From Acidimicrobiales bacterium (GTDB lineage: Bacteria > Actinomycetota > Acidimicrobiia > Acidimicrobiales > Bog-793): 64,000 nt of DNA. The position numbers and the translations under genes were made by a program. Shown here piece by piece: positions 59,378-64,000 of this stretch. The stretch's first letter is position 1. Every line of letters starts with the position of its first letter. A model generated the notes under the pieces. It was not told where the DNA came from. It saw only the letters and a program-made list of their open reading frames with translations, and searched no databases. Location: contig JBEKVJ010000003.1 of NCBI GenBank assembly GCA_049514105.1, forward strand, positions 17,304 through 81,303, read 5' to 3'.

Positions 59378-61078
59378 TCAGTAGCAGGCGCCTGCTGTGG
59401 TGCTCGGGTACGCCCAGCCGTTGTACTGGAAGCTGTTGGTCACGACACTCGCCGTATTGGTCGTGAGCTTCCACCCGGGCACAGAGGTTCCCTGGGTCCA
59501 CTGCCCGAAGGTGGGTGCGGCGTTGAGGAGCCCTTTTTGGATAACCACATTGAGTGCCGTGAGCGGGATCAATTTAGTGCCCACCCACAAGCCAGGGGCC
59601 AGCACCAAGGTGCCGTCGCCGGCCGTTACCTGGCCGTTGGAACCGATCGATGGGGGGTTCGTGTCGTCGTAGACGAGGACGGCTCCGCCGCCGGAGACAC
59701 CGTTGACAACCGAGTAGGCGAGGCCACCGAGCTTTGAGCCCAGCACACTCAGCTTCGACAGCGCCTGGGTCATCCCGGTCGGGTCGTTCGTCATGGCCGC
59801 GAGGCTCTGGCGGGCGGCCGCGTCGGACTTGAGCAAGGCGAGCTCGGAGAGGAACTGGCCGACCGCCAAGTTGCCTGTCGGAGCAACCGTAAGAGTCTCA
59901 TCGGGCGAGGTGTCAGCCAGGTCAGAGGTGATCAAGGTTCCTGCAGAATTCTTCGCCCAGGCGTTGAGCGGGAATGCCCCCGGGACGGTACCGACTGTCA
60001 TCGTGAAGTCGTAAAGGCCCTCGGCGTTAGTCACGACATCAACCGGCGTCGCCGACGGACTCAGCAGAGATCCGGCCGGCCAGATCCTGGTCCCTGCCGA
60101 GTCGCATATAGCGGCACGGACCCCCGTCGTGACGGCGGACTCGCCGGTCTCAGAGGGTTTCGGCCGCAACGTGACAGTGACGTCGCCATCGGGCGATCCG
60201 AAGCGGCTGGTCCTTATCTCGCCCTTGACGACCGTGAGGCCGTCGGCTTTGACGCTCGAGGAGGACAGGGTCAGGGTCACCTTCAAGCCGCCGTTGAGTG
60301 TGAAGTTCGCGTGCGCCGCATCTCCCGGCGCCAGCGAGAAATCAAGGCTCTGCGGCTCAAAGCGGGGGGCGGTCACCGTGCTCGGGCCACCGGAGGGGGT
60401 GACGGTGTAGTCCCCGGCCTTTAGGTTCATCGCGTAGAACCCTGTCGTTGCATCGACGCGAGCAGTGGCGCTGGCGCGCCCTTGGGCGCTTACCGAGCCG
60501 GCTTGGACAGCTTGCTCGTCCTTGTCGAGGACATAACCACTGATGGTCGCCCCGGGCTTTCCTGAATTCCAGAGGAGGTACAAGATCGCGGGGTCGTTGT
60601 TCTGTCTGACGAACACGGGCGTCCAAGTGGAGAGTCCCTCGGTCACGCGAACGTTGCAAACGGTCGTGTTCGCCTGACAGCCCGACACGAGAGTTGCATA
60701 GTTGGACCAGTCGAGATGGTTGTAGACACAGCCCGCGTCCCCACACGCGACCGCAACCTTGGTCTGCAGTGGCGCAGGGCCTGTCAGCTTGAAGACGCCG
60801 TCGTCGTCGGGCCGCGTAAAAAGAACGACGGTGCCCGGCATGGGCAGGACGATGCCCTCGCAGAGCCCGTATCCTGAGCCTGTGTAGTAGCAGTGAGGAA
60901 CCGGCGGCACCTTGTTGGCCGACTGATTGGGAGTCGTAGTCGAACTCGGGGTGACCGACGTCGTGCTCGAGGCGCCTGTCGTCGTCGTGCTCGACGGGGT
61001 CACGCTCGCCGGCGAACTCGAACACGCTGCCGCGAATACCGCCAGCAGCCCTATAACGACGGCAAGTCTCGACCTCAT
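59378..61078 (-). CDS. Secreted lipoprotein of unknown function
   Basis: Lipobox FAAAC, Ser/Thr linker, Cys-rich segment, carboxypeptidase-regulatory/Ig-like segments (ISG.V.D, G.Y...L..G.Y.VT). Confidence 0.75.
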   Translation of the reverse strand: MRSRLAVVIGLLAVFAAACSSSPASVTPSSTTTTGASSTTSVTPSSTTTPNQSANKVPPVPHCYYTGSGYGLCEGIVLPMPGTVVLFTRPDDDGVFKLTGPAPLQTKVAVACGDAGCVYNHLDWSNYATLVSGCQANTTVCNVRVTEGLSTWTPVFVRQNNDPAILYLLWNSGKPGATISGYVLDKDEQAVQAGSVSAQGRASATARVDATTGFYAMNLKAGDYTVTPSGGPSTVTAPRFEPQSLDFSLAPGDAAHANFTLNGGLKVTLTLSSSSVKADGLTVVKGEIRTSRFGSPDGDVTVTLRPKPSETGESAVTTGVRAAICDSAGTRIWPAGSLLSPSATPVDVVTNAEGLYDFTMTVGTVPGAFPLNAWAKNSAGTLITSDLADTSPDETLTVAPTGNLAVGQFLSELALLKSDAAARQSLAAMTNDPTGMTQALSKLSVLGSKLGGLAYSVVNGVSGGGAVLVYDDTNPPSIGSNGQVTAGDGTLVLAPGLWVGTKLIPLTALNVVIQKGLLNAAPTFGQWTQGTSVPGWKLTTNTASVVTNSFQYNGWAYPSTTAGACY

Positions 61079-61304
61079 GAGACCCTCCTCGCTCTCGCTC
61101 AGCCAGATTGGGCCTGGTCACGGGCTCTCGTCTCCCGTTCGTCGGTCATCGTGCACTTCGCGGGCGCTGATCGTCAGGGCCGAATGTCACAAACCGGTCG
61201 CGGGCGATGAGCCTGCAGCGACGTTGTGAGCGGCGATGGAGCCGGCACACCCCGCCACGGGGGCTTCCCTCGCCGAAGCTACGTTTTGCCTCGCTCTGAG
61301 CGAG

Positions 61305-62186
61305 TCAGGCAACCACCACGCGAAGCCCGGCCGCCTCGAGGCGCGAAACGTCCTGGGGATCGCCTTCGTTGTCGGTGATGAGATGGTCGACGAGATCGAG
61401 CGGGCAGATGCTCGCGAAGGTGACGCGGCCGATCTTGCTGCTGTCGGCGACGATGACGGTACGTCGTGCGATCTTTACGAGGGCTGCGTTGGCCCTCGCT
61501 TCGGCGTCGTCATGGGTCGTGCAGCCGGCGTCGACATCGATCCCGTCAACTCCGACGAAGGCCACGTCGAGGTTGTAGCCCGAAAGGGTGCTCTCTGCGA
61601 TCGGCCCTGACAGCTCGAACGACGCCGTACGGCACACGCCACCGGTGAGAACAAGACGGATGTTCCGGTGGCGTGCTAGCTCCATGCCTACGTTGAGCGC
61701 ATTGGTGACAACTGTGAGCTTGCGCACCGAAGCCAGCGCCCGGGCGACCTCTATCGTCGTCGTACCACCGGTGACACCGACGATGGCGCCTTCGCCGATC
61801 AGCGAGGCTGCCGCGGCGGCAATCCGGCGCTTTTGAGGCACAGCCTTTCCGCGGCGATAGCTGATGGGAACCTCGAGCCCGCTGTCAGAGCGCAGCGCCC
61901 CGCCGTGCGATCGTGTGATCACCCCCTGATCTGCCAAGCGGGCAAGGTCGCGCCGGATCGTGGCCATCGACACTGCGAGCAGTTCCGAAAGCTCATCGAC
62001 ACCGACGGCGCCGTTCTCGTCGATGATCTCGGTGATGGCGCGAAGGCGACTGTCGCGTATACGCGGACGTAGATTCCCAGCCCCTCGGCCGAGCGTCAAA
62101 GGGCGCTCGGCACCCAAGGGACCTCCGTCCCCGGTAGCCAGCTGGGCATCGCCTTGTGGATCAGGGAACACCATCGGATCAGACAT
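61305..62186 (-). CDS. DeoR/GlpR (AgaR-like) transcriptional regulator
   Basis: VS.ATIRRDL, R.HGGA, GGTTT, VVTNA, ADSSK; start approximate. Confidence 0.93.
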   Translation of the reverse strand: MSDPMVFPDPQGDAQLATGDGGPLGAERPLTLGRGAGNLRPRIRDSRLRAITEIIDENGAVGVDELSELLAVSMATIRRDLARLADQGVITRSHGGALRSDSGLEVPISYRRGKAVPQKRRIAAAAASLIGEGAIVGVTGGTTTIEVARALASVRKLTVVTNALNVGMELARHRNIRLVLTGGVCRTASFELSGPIAESTLSGYNLDVAFVGVDGIDVDAGCTTHDDAEARANAALVKIARRTVIVADSSKIGRVTFASICPLDLVDHLITDNEGDPQDVSRLEAAGLRVVVA

Positions 62187-62237
62187 GCAAGCTCTTCTCA
62201 CGGACTCTCACGGCATGGTTTAGAAGGCGGCTCGTCA

Positions 62238-63086
62238 TTACTTGACACTGCCAGCGATGATGCCTTCTACGATCCACCTGTTCAACAGGAAAACGAGAAC
62301 CGCAGGAATGGCAATAGCGACTATCGCCGCCGCGTTGACGATCGTGTAGGGCACGACGTGACGCCCTTCGAGCGAGGCGAGAACGACTGTCAGCGGCTGG
62401 GTCGACCCAGTGCTGCTGAGCACGAGAGGAAAGATGAACTGCCCCCACCCGAGGAGGAACGTGATGATCGCGGTGGCGGCGATCCCCGGCTTGGCGATGG
62501 GAAGCGCGACCCTGTAGAAGGTCTGGAGCATTGAGGCACCGTCGATGACCGCGGCCTCCTCGATACTCGGCGGGAGCGCTAGGAAGACGTTGTACATGAT
62601 CCACATGGCAAGCGGCATGAAACCGGATGCGTACACGAGGATGATGCCGAGGTAGGTGTTGACAAGCCCGACCTCGCTCATGATCCGGTAGAGCGGAATC
62701 AGCGTCGCGTAGACAGGCAGCGTCAGGGTCCCGAGCACGGTGTAGAAGAACAGGTTCTTCAGCCTGAATCGCAGCCGCGCGAATGCGTACGCCCCGAGGA
62801 TGGCGATCACGAGTGTCAGCAGGGTCGCCCCGCCGCTCTCCACGACGATGTTCACAAGGGACCGGCCGATCCCTCCCGCGGCGTAGGGGGCCTGAGGACC
62901 GACTCCGAACAGCGCCTGATAATTCGCGAAGACTGGCCGTGTGACAAGGAAATGAGTGTGAGAGCTCTGCGCCTGCGCGTTCGTCATGAGACTCGTGTTG
63001 AGCGCCCAGTAAACAGGGAACAGCGACCATACGATCACGAGGCCGATTGCAGCCCGCCGGGCCCAAGTGGCCATCCGCCGTCGCAT
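62238..63086 (-). CDS. Carbohydrate ABC transporter permease
   Basis: AYAFARL.F, IEEAAVIDGA, P...PG.AA; start ATG 63086. Confidence 0.93.
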   Translation of the reverse strand: MRRRMATWARRAAIGLVIVWSLFPVYWALNTSLMTNAQAQSSHTHFLVTRPVFANYQALFGVGPQAPYAAGGIGRSLVNIVVESGGATLLTLVIAILGAYAFARLRFRLKNLFFYTVLGTLTLPVYATLIPLYRIMSEVGLVNTYLGIILVYASGFMPLAMWIMYNVFLALPPSIEEAAVIDGASMLQTFYRVALPIAKPGIAATAIITFLLGWGQFIFPLVLSSTGSTQPLTVVLASLEGRHVVPYTIVNAAAIVAIAIPAVLVFLLNRWIVEGIIAGSVK

Positions 63087-63937
63087 TAGAAGGTGACCTT
63101 GCGGTAGAGGAGTTTCAGGGCGCCCAGAGACAGCGCGACCGTCACCACCGTGGCCAGCAGCGAAAGGGCGTACCCCTGCCCGAAGTTGAGGCCCTGGAAC
63201 GTGGTGAAGTAGGTCACGCTCATCACCGACGATGCCGTCGTCGCGCCTGCGTTCAACACATAGACCTGATCGAAGATGTTGAGCGACAGCACCAGTGCCT
63301 CTACAGCCGCGATCGCGAGCCCAGGACGAATCAGCGGGAGTGTGATCCGGCGGATCACCTGCCACCAACCTGCCCCGTCTACGCGAGCCGCCTCGTAGAC
63401 ATCACCGGGAATGCTCTGCAGCGACGCCAGCACGAGCAGCGTCGCGAGGGGGGTGATCTGCCAGATCTGAACGAGCGAGGTGAGAAGGATGCTCTCGATC
63501 TCACGAGTGCCGATGAACAGCTGATATTGGGAGATGAGGTGCAGACTTTTCAACACCGAGTTCAACACGCCGAAGGTCGGGTCATAGATCCAAGACCAGA
63601 TCACGCCTTCGACCACCCCAGGCAGCGCCCAGGGCAGAACGACGATCGCAAGCACGATGCCCCGTCCGCGAAAGCGTCGCTGGAGCAAAAGGCCGAAGGC
63701 TGTGCCGAGCACGAGCGTCAGTCCGACGCCAAAGACGACGTACCAGCCTGTGTTCTCAAAGCTCTGGCGGATCTCGGGGTTGGAGAAGATGGCCGTGAAG
63801 TTGCCGAACCCCGCGAAGTGGTTCGGCGGCGTGAGCGCGTCGATGTGCATGAACGCGTCGATTGTCGTGAGCACCGTCGGGTAAAGGGCGAGGGCCAGAA
63901 TGAACACGAGGAGCGGTGCGACCATGGCGAAGCCCAT
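63086..63937 (-). CDS. Carbohydrate ABC transporter permease (frame open to the window end, so the start may lie further upstream)
   Basis: G..NF, LPWA.P, LQSIP..VYEAARVDGA, ITLP..RP. Confidence 0.92.
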   Translation of the reverse strand: MGFAMVAPLLVFILALALYPTVLTTIDAFMHIDALTPPNHFAGFGNFTAIFSNPEIRQSFENTGWYVVFGVGLTLVLGTAFGLLLQRRFRGRGIVLAIVVLPWALPGVVEGVIWSWIYDPTFGVLNSVLKSLHLISQYQLFIGTREIESILLTSLVQIWQITPLATLLVLASLQSIPGDVYEAARVDGAGWWQVIRRITLPLIRPGLAIAAVEALVLSLNIFDQVYVLNAGATTASSVMSVTYFTTFQGLNFGQGYALSLLATVVTVALSLGALKLLYRKVTF

Positions 63938-64000
63938 GGCCTCCGACCGACTCGAGTGTCGGCGGGCGAACCCCGCAGCCGGAGACCGGCGCCGGCTCGA

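Noticed and set aside
61200..61290. Second fluoride riboswitch (GGCGATGGAGCC)
   Set aside because: No P1 complement, no GCTGATG/pseudoknot partner, and no co-oriented downstream gene

Overview
High-GC actinobacterial chromosomal window. Acidimicrobiia or another acidophile-like lineage is an inference from gene content and was not verified. No rRNA, tRNA, CRISPR array or intact mobile element was recognised. Layout: (1) 1-8.5 kb, a minus-strand, GntR-associated catabolic cluster running off the left edge, with two divergent carbamoyltransferases, an allantoinase-like cyclic amidohydrolase, a divergent IlvC paralog, ETF beta/alpha and an FAD oxidoreductase. (2) 9-23.9 kb, a GH1 glycosidase plus a LacI-controlled fructosamine (Amadori) operon with two SIS deglycases, FrlD, a peptide-type ABC transporter, a second PfkB kinase, an amidohydrolase and YjbQ. 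(3) 23.9-39.9 kb, a stress/hypoxia block: USP, MarR-MFS, two radical SAM/SPASM genes and enolase, then a fluoride (crcB-class) riboswitch heading a six-gene hydrogenase-4-like membrane complex. That complex has lost the NiFe-binding cysteines and all four cysteines of the small-subunit proximal Fe-S cluster. (4) 40-56.5 kb, mostly housekeeping genes (aroC, riboflavin synthase, asd, ask, cyclophilins, VIT1, MarP, GH15, Zn/Mn ABC + Fur family). (5) 56.6-64 kb, a B12-binding CarH-like regulator, an AT-richer spacer with repeats, a lipoprotein, DeoR and sugar ABC permeases. Best candidate for an undescribed system: the fluoride-riboswitch-controlled, cofactor-stripped hydrogenase-related complex. 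Second: the double-carbamoyltransferase ureide cluster. All calls come from motif reading by eye; no database searches were run.
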